The translations under genes and the position numbers were made by a program. Of a stretch of DNA of 32,000 bases, positions 8,379 to 17,976 are shown in pieces. This DNA is from an uncultured archaeon (GTDB lineage Archaea > Iainarchaeota > Iainarchaeia > Iainarchaeales > 0-14-0-20-30-16). The notes below the pieces were generated by a model that saw nothing but the letters and a program-made list of their open reading frames with translations, was not told where the DNA came from and searched no databases. The stretch spans positions 4,047 through 36,046 of the forward strand of contig CAYZSS010000001.1 of NCBI GenBank assembly GCA_964480435.1, given 5' to 3'. The stretch's first letter is position 1. Every line of letters starts with the position of its first letter.

Positions 8379-10181
8379 TTAATATTTACCTAGTGTAAAT
8401 AAGTTTTTTACATCATTTGCTTTATCCGCTCTTTCAGGATTCTTATCCGGTCTAAATTTTATAAGTCTTGGAAATCTTAGAGCCAAACCGCCAATTTCTC
8501 TTTTGGCGCAAGTATGTATTGGACTCTTAGTAATCTCGTCATATAAAACTTCAACAACATATTTGGGGGAAACCCAAAAATCCGGTTCTAATTCAGAGTC
8601 ATAATCCATTGGCTTAGTTTTTTTACTTATTTTTTCAAGCACATCTTTAAATTCTTCAAGCCCTGCATCTGTTAATCCAGAACCTACTTTTGCAATTGTT
8701 TGATACTTTTCTTCATCATCATTGTAGCAACCCACCAATAGGGCCCCAATACCAAATTTTGATCTTTGGCCTTTTCCTAAAAAATAACCAAGAATAACTA
8801 AATCTAAACTATCAATAGTTTTTGAATTATAGGACTTCTTATATTTTACCCAAGCAAACTTTCGTGCCCCAGCAGTATAATTTGCTGCAGGATCTTTTAA
8901 CATAATTCCTTCATTTCCATCAGCAGTTACTAAATCAAAATAAGCCCTTATTTCTTTAGGGTCATCAGAAAATATGAACTTTGGAAATGCAAGGTTCTCA
9001 TTTTCAACCATTGTTTCTTTTAAAATCTTTCTTCTATCTACAAATGACAAATCTATTAAACTTTTTTTCAAATACATAATATCAAAAACAATCATCCTCA
9101 AAGGAATTTCTTTTGATACTTCTGAGATATCATATTTTCTTTTTCTTTTTATTGTTACTTGAAATGGATAATATTTTTTTTCTTTTTTATTATATCCTAT
9201 TGCCTCACATTCAAAAATAATTGGATATTTTTTCACATTCTCTTTTATTGTTTTTACCACGTCAGGAAAAATATCACTCATATCCTCTAAATTTCTTGTA
9301 AAAAGTTTTACATTTTCCCCATCATAATGGCATTGTAACCTGAACCCGTCGTATTTTGGTTCAACAACACATTTACCTAATTTTTCAACAATTTTTTCTA
9401 TTGTTGGAAGTCTTTCTGCAAGAGCAGGAAGAACAGGAACAAAAGGAGTTACATCAATTTCATCTAAACCTTTTACCCCATTTATAAAAAGTTTTTTTGC
9501 TATACTTCCCAAATCAGGATATATATTGTATTTTGATTCTATCCTGGTTTTTATATCATAACGAAAATACCTGTCTGCCTCAGCCCCGTATTTATCTACA
9601 AACACATGGTATTCTCTTTTATTTCCTGTTTTATAAGCCTCTAAAAAATACAGAGACAGGGCATCAATAATTGTAGAATTTGATAAACCAATGCGCATAT
9701 TTTTTTCTGCAATCCGCACAATATATTTTGCTTCAATTGGAGAAGAATTGTTGATTAAATTAATCAGATAATTCATTTTTTCATCTATTGCACCCTTCCC
9801 TTCTGCAACAGCCATTTTTTCAAATAAATTGTATACCTCAAACAAATCCTTTTTTTTTGAAAATAAGTTTCTTTGGTATTTTGAACCCATTACTTTTTCA
9901 GCAGTTAAACCTAAATCACCCAACTTTTTGTACTCGTCTTCAACCTGCTCTTTCTCTTTTCCAGTTGATTTGGATAGAGCAACAAGAATAGTTTTTTCTG
10001 CAATACCAAGATCAAGAGATTTATATTTTGCTCCAAATTGTCCAAGAAGAAGATAAATTATAGTGTCTATTTCATTACTATCCGTTTTTTTGAAAATGTT
10101 TTCAATTTGGCACATCATTTTTAATCTTGATGGTTCTTGCTCTAAATTAGACAAATCGTTCGCAAACTCAGAAAATAACAT
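8379..10181 (-). CDS. lig: ATP-dependent DNA ligase
   Basis: 600 aa. Adenylation motif I VEPKYDGFRLQCH, then EGIMLK, WVKYK and LRFPRLIKFRPDK motifs in canonical order. Confidence 0.92.
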   Translation of the reverse strand: MLFSEFANDLSNLEQEPSRLKMMCQIENIFKKTDSNEIDTIIYLLLGQFGAKYKSLDLGIAEKTILVALSKSTGKEKEQVEDEYKKLGDLGLTAEKVMGSKYQRNLFSKKKDLFEVYNLFEKMAVAEGKGAIDEKMNYLINLINNSSPIEAKYIVRIAEKNMRIGLSNSTIIDALSLYFLEAYKTGNKREYHVFVDKYGAEADRYFRYDIKTRIESKYNIYPDLGSIAKKLFINGVKGLDEIDVTPFVPVLPALAERLPTIEKIVEKLGKCVVEPKYDGFRLQCHYDGENVKLFTRNLEDMSDIFPDVVKTIKENVKKYPIIFECEAIGYNKKEKKYYPFQVTIKRKRKYDISEVSKEIPLRMIVFDIMYLKKSLIDLSFVDRRKILKETMVENENLAFPKFIFSDDPKEIRAYFDLVTADGNEGIMLKDPAANYTAGARKFAWVKYKKSYNSKTIDSLDLVILGYFLGKGQRSKFGIGALLVGCYNDDEEKYQTIAKVGSGLTDAGLEEFKDVLEKISKKTKPMDYDSELEPDFWVSPKYVVEVLYDEITKSPIHTCAKREIGGLALRFPRLIKFRPDKNPERADKANDVKNLFTLGKY

Positions 10182-10276
10182 AATATAATAAGGGTGAGAG
10201 AGATATAAATTAGTTACGAAATAATCAACAAGGCAAGTACTTAAAAAATTAATAATTTAAAAAGCCTCAAATAAAA

Positions 10277-10750
10277 TCAAGGCATTTCAAAATTTAACTC
10301 ATCAAAGGCAACTTCCTCACAATCACCCATTACTTTTGCCTCGGTCAACCAGTTAGATAATATAGTTGAAAAACCCCCTGCCTCGATTACTGAACTGCAT
10401 TGTGGAGCAACCCCGCTCAACTTATCCCAAGAACAAAAAAAATCTAAATCGATTCTCATTTTAGTCCAGCTTCCAGGAACAGACGCCTTCATTACTGCTA
10501 CATCTTTTGCAAAATAATATTCATATATTACTTCACCCAAAGTAGCATAACAATAAGTAGCTTGTGGATTTTCGCTCTGCTCAACTTCTAAACTATTATT
10601 TAATTCCAGCGGAGTTTGGTTTTCAAGACCAGAAGAATCTCCAAAAAGAGAATTGCTTGGATCAGTAGTATCTTTGTTTGAAACACACCCAGAAAAAACA
10701 AATAACAAAATTACAAACAAACCTAAAACTAATGAATTACTTTTATTCAT
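10277..10750 (-). CDS. Putative secreted lipoprotein, unknown function
   Basis: Signal peptide with lipobox-like LLFVFSGC. Four further Cys in the mature part. ATG at 10750 is preceded by GGTGAT. Confidence 0.55.
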   Translation of the reverse strand: MNKSNSLVLGLFVILLFVFSGCVSNKDTTDPSNSLFGDSSGLENQTPLELNNSLEVEQSENPQATYCYATLGEVIYEYYFAKDVAVMKASVPGSWTKMRIDLDFFCSWDKLSGVAPQCSSVIEAGGFSTILSNWLTEAKVMGDCEEVAFDELNFEMP

Positions 10751-10791
10751 GAAATCACCAACCAATTAAAAATACCTAAAAATACTAATTA

Positions 10792-11388
10792 TTACATTAT
10801 ATAAAATAAAGCAAATAACCCAATAAAAACTAACAACAATATAAGCCATACAGCTTTATTCCAAACTAAAACCTTATAACCATCTAAAGGCCCAATTGGA
10901 AGTAAATTAAATAATCCTAAAAATAAATTAACGGATATTACTGTGAAAACTATTGAAGTAATCAAAGGGTTATTATAAAATGAAAATAAAATAAATCCAA
11001 CAATAAAGAAAATAATTGCAATTACTAAATTAGATAGAGGGCCTGCAACAGAAATAATACCATTCTCTTTTCTGGAAAGGTCTTTACCCCAAATATATAC
11101 TGCTCCAGGAGCTGCAAAAACAAAACCCCCTCCTGTTGCAAGGGAAAGAACCACAGCAAATAATAACCCAGAAGGCCACATAACAAACCTTGCCTTTGCG
11201 TGATAATAAATTGCAACAAATTTATGTGCTAATTCATGAAATATAAAACCTGTGCCTGCTGCTAAAAGAACTACAGGCAAATTAAATATAAAAACTTGAT
11301 AATTAGAGAATCCTCTCCAAGCAAAAGCCAGACTAATAACTAGCCATGCAATAAAAATATGTAATAATTCTTGCTTTGTAATCTGCAT
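10792..11388 (-). CDS. M50-family (site-2 protease-like) membrane metalloprotease
   Basis: 198 aa polytopic protein with HELAHKF (HExxH) and the distal NLLPIGPLDG motif. Confidence 0.8.
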   Translation of the reverse strand: MQITKQELLHIFIAWLVISLAFAWRGFSNYQVFIFNLPVVLLAAGTGFIFHELAHKFVAIYYHAKARFVMWPSGLLFAVVLSLATGGGFVFAAPGAVYIWGKDLSRKENGIISVAGPLSNLVIAIIFFIVGFILFSFYNNPLITSIVFTVISVNLFLGLFNLLPIGPLDGYKVLVWNKAVWLILLLVFIGLFALFYIM

Positions 11389-11411
11389 AAATAATAAAGG
11401 GAAAAAATAGT

Positions 11412-12287
11412 TTATATATTGATTGTTTTACTTTGCTCAACCAAAGCAACTTTTTGTCCTTTCTGCCTAAGCCAAACAGTTACTCTAAAGACACCTTTTG
11501 AACGTAAATGTTTGTAAAGCGAGATTGTTTTTACTATTTTTTCTTTGGAATTTAATATTGTTTTTACAGGCAAATTATCCAATTCAATTCTACGGTTATT
11601 ATTTTCTATTACAATATCACAAACAACATTATGCAAAGGTTCTGCAATTATATTTTGAACATTAAAAGTTAGCTCTTCAATTTGGGCTACTTCAGGATAA
11701 CCAACATGTCTTGTTTTTATATTCTTTATATCAAAGTCAACAAGTTGAGAATAATCAAATTCAGGTTTTTGTAATAATTCGATTACTGCGTCTTTTTTTG
11801 CCAGGTCTAGCCTTGCTTCTTTTAGTTTCTGTTCAAGAACTATTAATTTGTCATTCAAATGAGCTGTTTCAGTATTTAAACCATATCCTAATTGGTGTCT
11901 TAGTTCTCTTAAAGTATCATCTTTTTGTAATAACAAGTGCTCTAAATCTTTTACCGCCAGTTGCTTTTCAGCAAGTTCAATTTCTATTTGCTTTTTTTTT
12001 GCACCCATGTGCATCATTTTTTTGTTTTTATCGCTTAACCTACGTTCAGTTTTGTGTATCAATTTTTTATGCTTAGAAATTTCTTTTTTGGTTGCTGCGT
12101 TAGAGTCCATATATTGTTGATTCTTTTCTGCAAGTCTTACCTTCAATTTATTCTGTTCTTTATTAGTTAAATCAGAATCTTGCTGTTCAAAAGTATTTAT
12201 TTTTGAAACTTCAGTCAACAATTTAGACTTTGCTTTTTGTATTTTTTCTAAGTTTTCTCTAGATTTTTCATCCCGCGGATTAATCAT
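11412..12287 (-). CDS. Coiled-coil protein with C-terminal beta-rich domain, unknown function
   Basis: About 190 aa of K/E/Q/L heptad-like sequence, then a non-repetitive roughly 100 aa C-terminus. Start chosen at ATG 12287, after GTGAT plus 4 nt; the track start at 12296 is a GTG inside that SD. Confidence 0.5.
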   Translation of the reverse strand: MINPRDEKSRENLEKIQKAKSKLLTEVSKINTFEQQDSDLTNKEQNKLKVRLAEKNQQYMDSNAATKKEISKHKKLIHKTERRLSDKNKKMMHMGAKKKQIEIELAEKQLAVKDLEHLLLQKDDTLRELRHQLGYGLNTETAHLNDKLIVLEQKLKEARLDLAKKDAVIELLQKPEFDYSQLVDFDIKNIKTRHVGYPEVAQIEELTFNVQNIIAEPLHNVVCDIVIENNNRRIELDNLPVKTILNSKEKIVKTISLYKHLRSKGVFRVTVWLRQKGQKVALVEQSKTINI

Positions 12288-12344
12288 AAACATCACTAAA
12301 GGTTATAAAATATATATAGTCTCTAAAATATATAAAGTTATGTA

Positions 12345-13712
12345 TTAAATATTAAGATTTTGATCTTGAATATAGCACAGACCCTTGCTAAGGGCTATTT
12401 CAGCATTTCGTAGTTCCCCACCCAAGTAAAAGGCATGAGCTAGCTGAGATACAGAGAAGTCAAGTACTAATTGATTATATACCTCTTTTGCAGACAAACC
12501 AGAATAGATTTTTATAGGCTGACCACTATTATCAAGATATTTTGCATAAATCTTGTCTTTTACTTCTATAAAAAAATAACCCCGCGGATCAGGGGTACAA
12601 TCTAATTCTAATCCTTTTTTTATTATTTCTTCCGCTGAATTTAAGTCATTATAATAAATGTGCGCAGAACTGCTTATTGTTGTTAAATTTCCAACGTTTA
12701 AGCCAACCTCTTTGGCAGCCCTTTCCAATATTTTTTGTAATCCAAAAGTATTCAAAAGATAACCTCCAAAAAGATCGTGGGATCTAAAATAAGCAGTTAA
12801 ATATAAAGAGTCATTTTGAACAAGAAATTGTGCAGAGGTAAGACAAGGAGGCAAAGAAGATTTTGAATCTTTTAATGGGTCCCAAAGAGTTAAAAAAATT
12901 CTTCTGCTCTCTTTAGATTTTTTTAATTCATTTATCGCCCACTCAATTTGATCAAATCCAAAATGATTACAAAGCCTTTGGCCATAAGTATATTCAACAG
13001 ATTTTATTTGTTTTCCTGTCCCAATCTGGGCCTCATAATCCTGAATTTGTTTTTTTGTTATTTTTAAATAAGCAGGAATATTTCTTTCTTCACTTTCTGT
13101 TGTAACTATCATTAAATTAACTATTTCTAAAGAGCCAATACCATACTGTGTTTTTTTCTCTACACCGTATTCTTTAATTAATTTTAATGCTTTTAGCCAA
13201 GCACTAGAAATATTTTTTTCATGAATTAAAAAGCCCGCATTTTCACTTGGCCTTTTTGCATTACAAGTCTCTTTTACTTTTATTTCCTTTGCATCCCCAT
13301 ACGATTCTTTTTTTTCAAGAGAATTAATTTTATTTTGAATTTCGTTTAAATCAGTAACACCAATTAGATCTATAATTTCCACATTAGAAATAATTTTATC
13401 CAACTCTCCAGAGGAAATATCATTTGCAATTAAATCATAATTTTTAGAAAAAATATTTTTTATTAGTTCCCCCGAACCAGACAAATCCACCCCACATAAA
13501 ATAAGACTTCTTATGTTGGTGTTTCCAGCTAAATTCCTCAAAATATATTTTACACCTTCCAAAGAATAGCAAGTACCAATTGTGTTGCAGTTAAGATTAG
13601 AGAACAAATCTTTTTTAGACCAAAGAGTAACCACCCCTACATTATGGACCGGATTTTTTACCAACAGTAAATCTTTAAAGTAAAGAGGCCAGTTTTCAAG
13701 AAGTGATAGCAT
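12345..13712 (-). CDS. thyA: Thymidylate synthase (ThyA-type core) flanked by MtrA-N-like and DUF4346-like modules
   Basis: Core motifs: SRRIFLTLWDP, LPPCLTSAQF (nucleophile Cys), YFRSHDLFGGYLLN, SSAHIYYND. N-terminus: WPLYF...NVGVVTLWS...NTNIRSLILCG...IIDLIGVTD. C-terminus: DPRGYFFIEV...AHAFYLGGELRNAEIAL...YIQDQ. Confidence 0.8.
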   Translation of the reverse strand: MLSLLENWPLYFKDLLLVKNPVHNVGVVTLWSKKDLFSNLNCNTIGTCYSLEGVKYILRNLAGNTNIRSLILCGVDLSGSGELIKNIFSKNYDLIANDISSGELDKIISNVEIIDLIGVTDLNEIQNKINSLEKKESYGDAKEIKVKETCNAKRPSENAGFLIHEKNISSAWLKALKLIKEYGVEKKTQYGIGSLEIVNLMIVTTESEERNIPAYLKITKKQIQDYEAQIGTGKQIKSVEYTYGQRLCNHFGFDQIEWAINELKKSKESRRIFLTLWDPLKDSKSSLPPCLTSAQFLVQNDSLYLTAYFRSHDLFGGYLLNTFGLQKILERAAKEVGLNVGNLTTISSSAHIYYNDLNSAEEIIKKGLELDCTPDPRGYFFIEVKDKIYAKYLDNSGQPIKIYSGLSAKEVYNQLVLDFSVSQLAHAFYLGGELRNAEIALSKGLCYIQDQNLNI

Positions 13713-13761
13713 ATAATAATAAGAGAAAAGGATTATTTATTCTTATTGGAGCAGATTTTGT

Positions 13762-14667
13762 TTACAGCATACCCGCAAGCATTATTTGGGTAATATACTT
13801 TGCTAAAAAGAATATAATAAATCCAACAAACACAAATATCGGAAAGTACAATAATCCTTTTGTGGCATCTTTGTCTCGCATATAAGCAATAATAAAACTG
13901 GAAATTACTGACTCAAAGAAAAGATAAAACAATAAAACATTGTAAATTATTTCTCCAGATGCAATAGCATCAGCTATCTCTTTTGCGGATTCTACTATTC
14001 CTGTACTTGTGGAAACACTAACTAAAAAAGATATTAAAGTATTTACTAGTCCAAAAATTGCAGGAGCAATCATTGACCCAGCAGCAACAATAAATAATAC
14101 CTGCATAGTTGTTTTTGCTTTTCTTTCCTGTTGCATTTTATACAAGTTTCTTGCATCTTCTGAAATTTCATCAAGAACCTCAGATAACCCAGCCCCTGCC
14201 CTTACTGAATCTATTATTATAGTTATTACTTTTCTTATTAAACTTGAATCAACATTCTCATTTATTGATAATAAAGCATCTTCAAAATTTGCACCATCTT
14301 CTAATCTTCTCAATACTTTCTGTAGTTCTTTTGTTAGTGGGCCATAATCGATCAAGGTAATTTCCCTCAAAGCATATTCGTAAGTTCCACCGCTTTTTAG
14401 AATATCACTCATTTCCCTCAGAGCAGAAGGAAAGTGTTTCTCTATTAATTCTGTTCTTTTGTTTTCACGATAAATTGGAGCACTAATTATTATATCTCCA
14501 ACAGCAATTACTGCCACAGCAGCAAAAACATAATTATCAAATAAAAGGGCAACTAAAACACCAGCAACCAAACCAAATAAAATAGCAGTAACAATCCAAG
14601 CAACTGGTGACAATCTTATGTTATTTCTTTCCAATATTTTTTCATACTTCAATAACATATTGCTCAT
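13762..14667 (-). CDS. Type IV filament platform protein, single T2SSF domain (TadC-like)
   Basis: 301 aa. N-terminal TM, cytoplasmic T2SSF-like helical domain (FPSALREMSDILKSGGTYEYALREI...RLEDGANFEDAL), then C-terminal TMs. AGGTG lies upstream of the ATG. Confidence 0.75.
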   Translation of the reverse strand: MSNMLLKYEKILERNNIRLSPVAWIVTAILFGLVAGVLVALLFDNYVFAAVAVIAVGDIIISAPIYRENKRTELIEKHFPSALREMSDILKSGGTYEYALREITLIDYGPLTKELQKVLRRLEDGANFEDALLSINENVDSSLIRKVITIIIDSVRAGAGLSEVLDEISEDARNLYKMQQERKAKTTMQVLFIVAAGSMIAPAIFGLVNTLISFLVSVSTSTGIVESAKEIADAIASGEIIYNVLLFYLFFESVISSFIIAYMRDKDATKGLLYFPIFVFVGFIIFFLAKYITQIMLAGML

Positions 14668-14676
14668 AATCTACAC

Positions 14677-15783
14677 CTAATATGTGGGTCTAATTTTTCT
14701 AATATATAATAACAATCCAATTAAACACAGAGGAAGTAAAACAACATATAAAAATATTATTACTGGTGGAGTCAAAGGTAAAGATGAAAATAGAGACACC
14801 CCCCCACCCATAGGAATATTTCTTATGGTTCCAAGTATTGCAAGCATAACAGGAATAACAATTCCAACAAAAATATATATTACCCCAATGAAATTCATTT
14901 TTCCTGCAAATGATTCCAAAGTCAGCCTTATTTCGAAAGAAACATCTTTTGCAGTAGTATTCAGAATATCGGAAAGATTACCACCGGATTTTAAAGCTCT
15001 TAAAATGTGATTTATTGTATTTCTTAAAGAAAATGATTTTGTTCTGTATGCTAAATTTTTCAAAGCATCTTTAGTATCTGCTCCTTGTTCAACTTCATTT
15101 ATTACTCTTGCCATCTCTTCTGATAAATAACCATATTCTCCAACGGCAATAGTTTGCAAAACCCTATACAACCCTATCCCCGCTCTTAGTTCAGTTGCCA
15201 TATGTCTTAATGCAAAAGGAAGTTCGGCATCTATTTTTTTTCCCCTATTGTTAGCAACCATTACAGGGTACTTCAGGACAATAACTCCAGAAAAAAATAA
15301 AACTGCAAAAAATACAGCTATTAAGAGATACATCGATATATTAAACCAAAAAAACAAAACGCCTGCAGAAGCAGTAATAAATATTGTTGCCAAAACTGTA
15401 ATTACAGATGATATCGCCAAGTATTGTGATGTGCTGTAATTTATATTAGCGCTGTTTAACTCTTGGCTTACTTCATTACGCCCAGGAAAAACAGCTAAAA
15501 CCTTTTTTGCAAAAAAAGAAAAGAATGATGAAAATAAATTATAAATTTTTCCTACCAATCTTACATTATTGTTATAATCGGCAGCAAGATCTCTTGGTTT
15601 TTGAACTTCTATTTGGGCTCTTTTTCCTTCAGAAATTATAGACCTTAATTCTTGCAATCTTAATGAGTCTATTTCCGAATTTAATCCTTTTTCTTCATAT
15701 TTGTGCTTGATATTTGCGACAATAGACTCCACTTGATCCAAGTTGACCTTCTGTTGCATCTTGTCGTTTAAATCAAAACTCAT
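14677..15783 (-). CDS. Type IV filament platform protein, single T2SSF domain (TadB-like)
   Basis: 368 aa. T2SSF-like segment LPFALRHMATELRAGIGLYRVLQTI...VEQGADTKDALKNLA flanked by TM helices. Adjacent to the ATPase. Confidence 0.75.
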   Translation of the reverse strand: MSFDLNDKMQQKVNLDQVESIVANIKHKYEEKGLNSEIDSLRLQELRSIISEGKRAQIEVQKPRDLAADYNNNVRLVGKIYNLFSSFFSFFAKKVLAVFPGRNEVSQELNSANINYSTSQYLAISSVITVLATIFITASAGVLFFWFNISMYLLIAVFFAVLFFSGVIVLKYPVMVANNRGKKIDAELPFALRHMATELRAGIGLYRVLQTIAVGEYGYLSEEMARVINEVEQGADTKDALKNLAYRTKSFSLRNTINHILRALKSGGNLSDILNTTAKDVSFEIRLTLESFAGKMNFIGVIYIFVGIVIPVMLAILGTIRNIPMGGGVSLFSSLPLTPPVIIFLYVVLLPLCLIGLLLYIRKIRPTY

Positions 15784-15823
15784 TAAATCACTTCATTTTC
15801 ATATACAAAATAAAACATACTTT

Positions 15824-17476
15824 TCATTCTTCTTGCATTTCATAATATTTTTGAAGTTCCAAAGAAACTTCTTTTTGTGTTTTCAAATTTGAATCCAATA
15901 ATGTTTTTAGGAATACAGCCCTATTAGAAACTTCCTTTGTAACTTGTAACAGTGTCTTTCCTGAAAAAGTTGCAATTTTTTTCAAATATCTTGACGGTAC
16001 GGAAGTATCTTGTAGTTTATCTTCTTTAGGATCCCATTCAAATATTTTTTGTATTTGTATTTTATTTTCTAAAACACCACTTACTTCTGCGATTTCAGTA
16101 ATTCTTCTTATGGTACCTTTTCTTTTATCGTGTATTCTTTGCTGAACAAGAACAATATCCAATCCAGAAAGCATTACCTGAGGCACATCCATCGGTGGAG
16201 AAGTAACTCTTATTATTGTTTCTTGTGCTGAATTTGCGTGTACAGTCCCCATACAACCATCGTGCCCAGTATTCATGGCAGTAAATAAAGCCAATGCTTC
16301 TTTGTGTCTTACTTCACCAACAATTATTCTATCAGGTCTCATCCTCAAAGCATTTTTTGTTAAAATATCCAAGTCTATTTCTCCTGTACCTTCAATTCCA
16401 GGGGGTCTTGCCTCCAATCTTATCCAATGTGTTAAAGGAAGATTTAACTCAGCAGTGTCTTCAATAGTAATTATTCTTTCTCTTTGCGGAATAAAACTAG
16501 ACAACACATTCAAAGTAGTTGTTTTTCCTGAACCAGTACCACCCGCAATCAAAATATTTGCTGGTTTAACATCAAGACCATCAACACAAAGCCACAAAAA
16601 TGCAGCTGTCTGAAGATCAGTTGTGCCGTTGTTTATTAAATCTAAAATTGTATATGGCTCCTTTCTAAATTTTCTTATTGTAAGGGTAGATCCTGATACA
16701 GATACAGGGGGTATGGTTGCATTAATTCTTGAACCATCGCTTAATCTTGCATCAAGTAAAGGCTGAGAATAATCTATTCTTCTTCCAGTATATCTTGCAA
16801 TTCTAGAAATTAAGTCAATTATATCTTTATCTTCATAAAAAACAATATTAGTAGTCATTATTTCATATTCTCTATGAAATACATATACTGGTTTTTTTGG
16901 ACCAATGATCATAATTTCTTCCAGTTTATCATCTCGTAATAGAGCATCGATTATTCCAAAGCCAACCATTTCAGTTACTACTGCATTAGCATAAAAACTT
17001 TGTTTTCCTTCTGCAATTTTTAATTCAGGGGAAGAAGTAATAATTTCTAGCACCTTTTGGAAATAAACATTTCTTCTTTGCTGTTCATCCCTTATCTTAT
17101 AAGGAGCAATATTAATCAGCCTTGTTGCAGCCTCTTTAATTGTATTTATTATTATTTGTTCCCCACTTGATGCTTTAGGTACAGGAACTTCATAATGAAG
17201 TATAGGGTGGTTTTCTACTTTGTATATTTTTACAGTATCATATGAGGCAATTAATTTTTTATTTGCAGTTTCTAAATCTTCAAATTTGATAGGGGGAAGA
17301 GCATCAGGAGAAGGTATTTTTGAAGGGTTTTCTTTGCTATTGCCGGTAAAAAGGTTATTTTCTTTTGTTTCTTCTTTTTCTTTGCCACTTTCTTTTTCTT
17401 CTTTATTTTCTTTATTTTCTTTAGCCTCTTTACTCTCTTTATCACCTTTATTGAAAAGATTATCTACAAATACCAT
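15824..17476 (-). CDS. Type IV filament/secretion ATPase (FlaI/TadA/VirB11-like)
   Basis: Walker A GGTGSGKTT, Asp box RIITIEDTAEL, Walker B RPDRIIVGEVR and His box GHDGCMGTVHANS. ATG 17476 is preferred over track GTG 17485. Confidence 0.9.
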   Translation of the reverse strand: MVFVDNLFNKGDKESKEAKENKENKEEKESGKEKEETKENNLFTGNSKENPSKIPSPDALPPIKFEDLETANKKLIASYDTVKIYKVENHPILHYEVPVPKASSGEQIIINTIKEAATRLINIAPYKIRDEQQRRNVYFQKVLEIITSSPELKIAEGKQSFYANAVVTEMVGFGIIDALLRDDKLEEIMIIGPKKPVYVFHREYEIMTTNIVFYEDKDIIDLISRIARYTGRRIDYSQPLLDARLSDGSRINATIPPVSVSGSTLTIRKFRKEPYTILDLINNGTTDLQTAAFLWLCVDGLDVKPANILIAGGTGSGKTTTLNVLSSFIPQRERIITIEDTAELNLPLTHWIRLEARPPGIEGTGEIDLDILTKNALRMRPDRIIVGEVRHKEALALFTAMNTGHDGCMGTVHANSAQETIIRVTSPPMDVPQVMLSGLDIVLVQQRIHDKRKGTIRRITEIAEVSGVLENKIQIQKIFEWDPKEDKLQDTSVPSRYLKKIATFSGKTLLQVTKEVSNRAVFLKTLLDSNLKTQKEVSLELQKYYEMQEE

Positions 17477-17584
17477 TTCGCCCACCCAATTATAATTAGA
17501 TACAACATAACTAAATCATTATAAATAACTTATATTAATATATAAATGTTATAGTTGTTGTATTAATATAACGGAGGTAATACT
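17477..17584. promoter_or_regulatory. Divergent promoter region (ATPase operon and 17585 gene)
   Basis: TATA-like TTATAAATAA and ATATATAAAT. Two copies of palindromic TATTAATATA (17533-17542 and 17561-17570). SD GGAGGT precedes 17585. Confidence 0.35.
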
Positions 17585-17968
17585 ATGGCGAAAAAAACAG
17601 AAAACGCAAAGTCAAATTATGGTAATAGGGTCGCAGTATCTATACTTGCTTATTTACTTATAGGGATAATATGGTATTTTGTTGATGAAGATGCAAAAAA
17701 AGACAGCATTACAAGATTCCATGTTAAACAAGGTTTGGTTCTGCTGATATTTTCAATCATTTATAGCATAGTGGTTTCGATCATTGTTACTATATTGGCC
17801 ACAATATTTATTTTCATACCAGGTGTTGGACTTGCACTAATAATGGTTTTCAACCTGCTTTACTTAATCCCATTGATATTAATGATCATAGGAATAGTAA
17901 ATGCTGCAGGAGAAAAAGAAACAGAGTTGCCAATAATTGGAAAATTTGGAAATAAATTAAATCTATAA
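17585..17968 (+). CDS. Small membrane protein, DUF4870-like
   Basis: 127 aa with three hydrophobic helices. RFHVKQGLVLL and C-terminal ELPIIG resemble the remembered DUF4870 pattern. Strong SD. Confidence 0.55.
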   Translation: MAKKTENAKSNYGNRVAVSILAYLLIGIIWYFVDEDAKKDSITRFHVKQGLVLLIFSIIYSIVVSIIVTILATIFIFIPGVGLALIMVFNLLYLIPLILMIIGIVNAAGEKETELPIIGKFGNKLNL

Positions 17969-17976
17969 AAAAAGCA

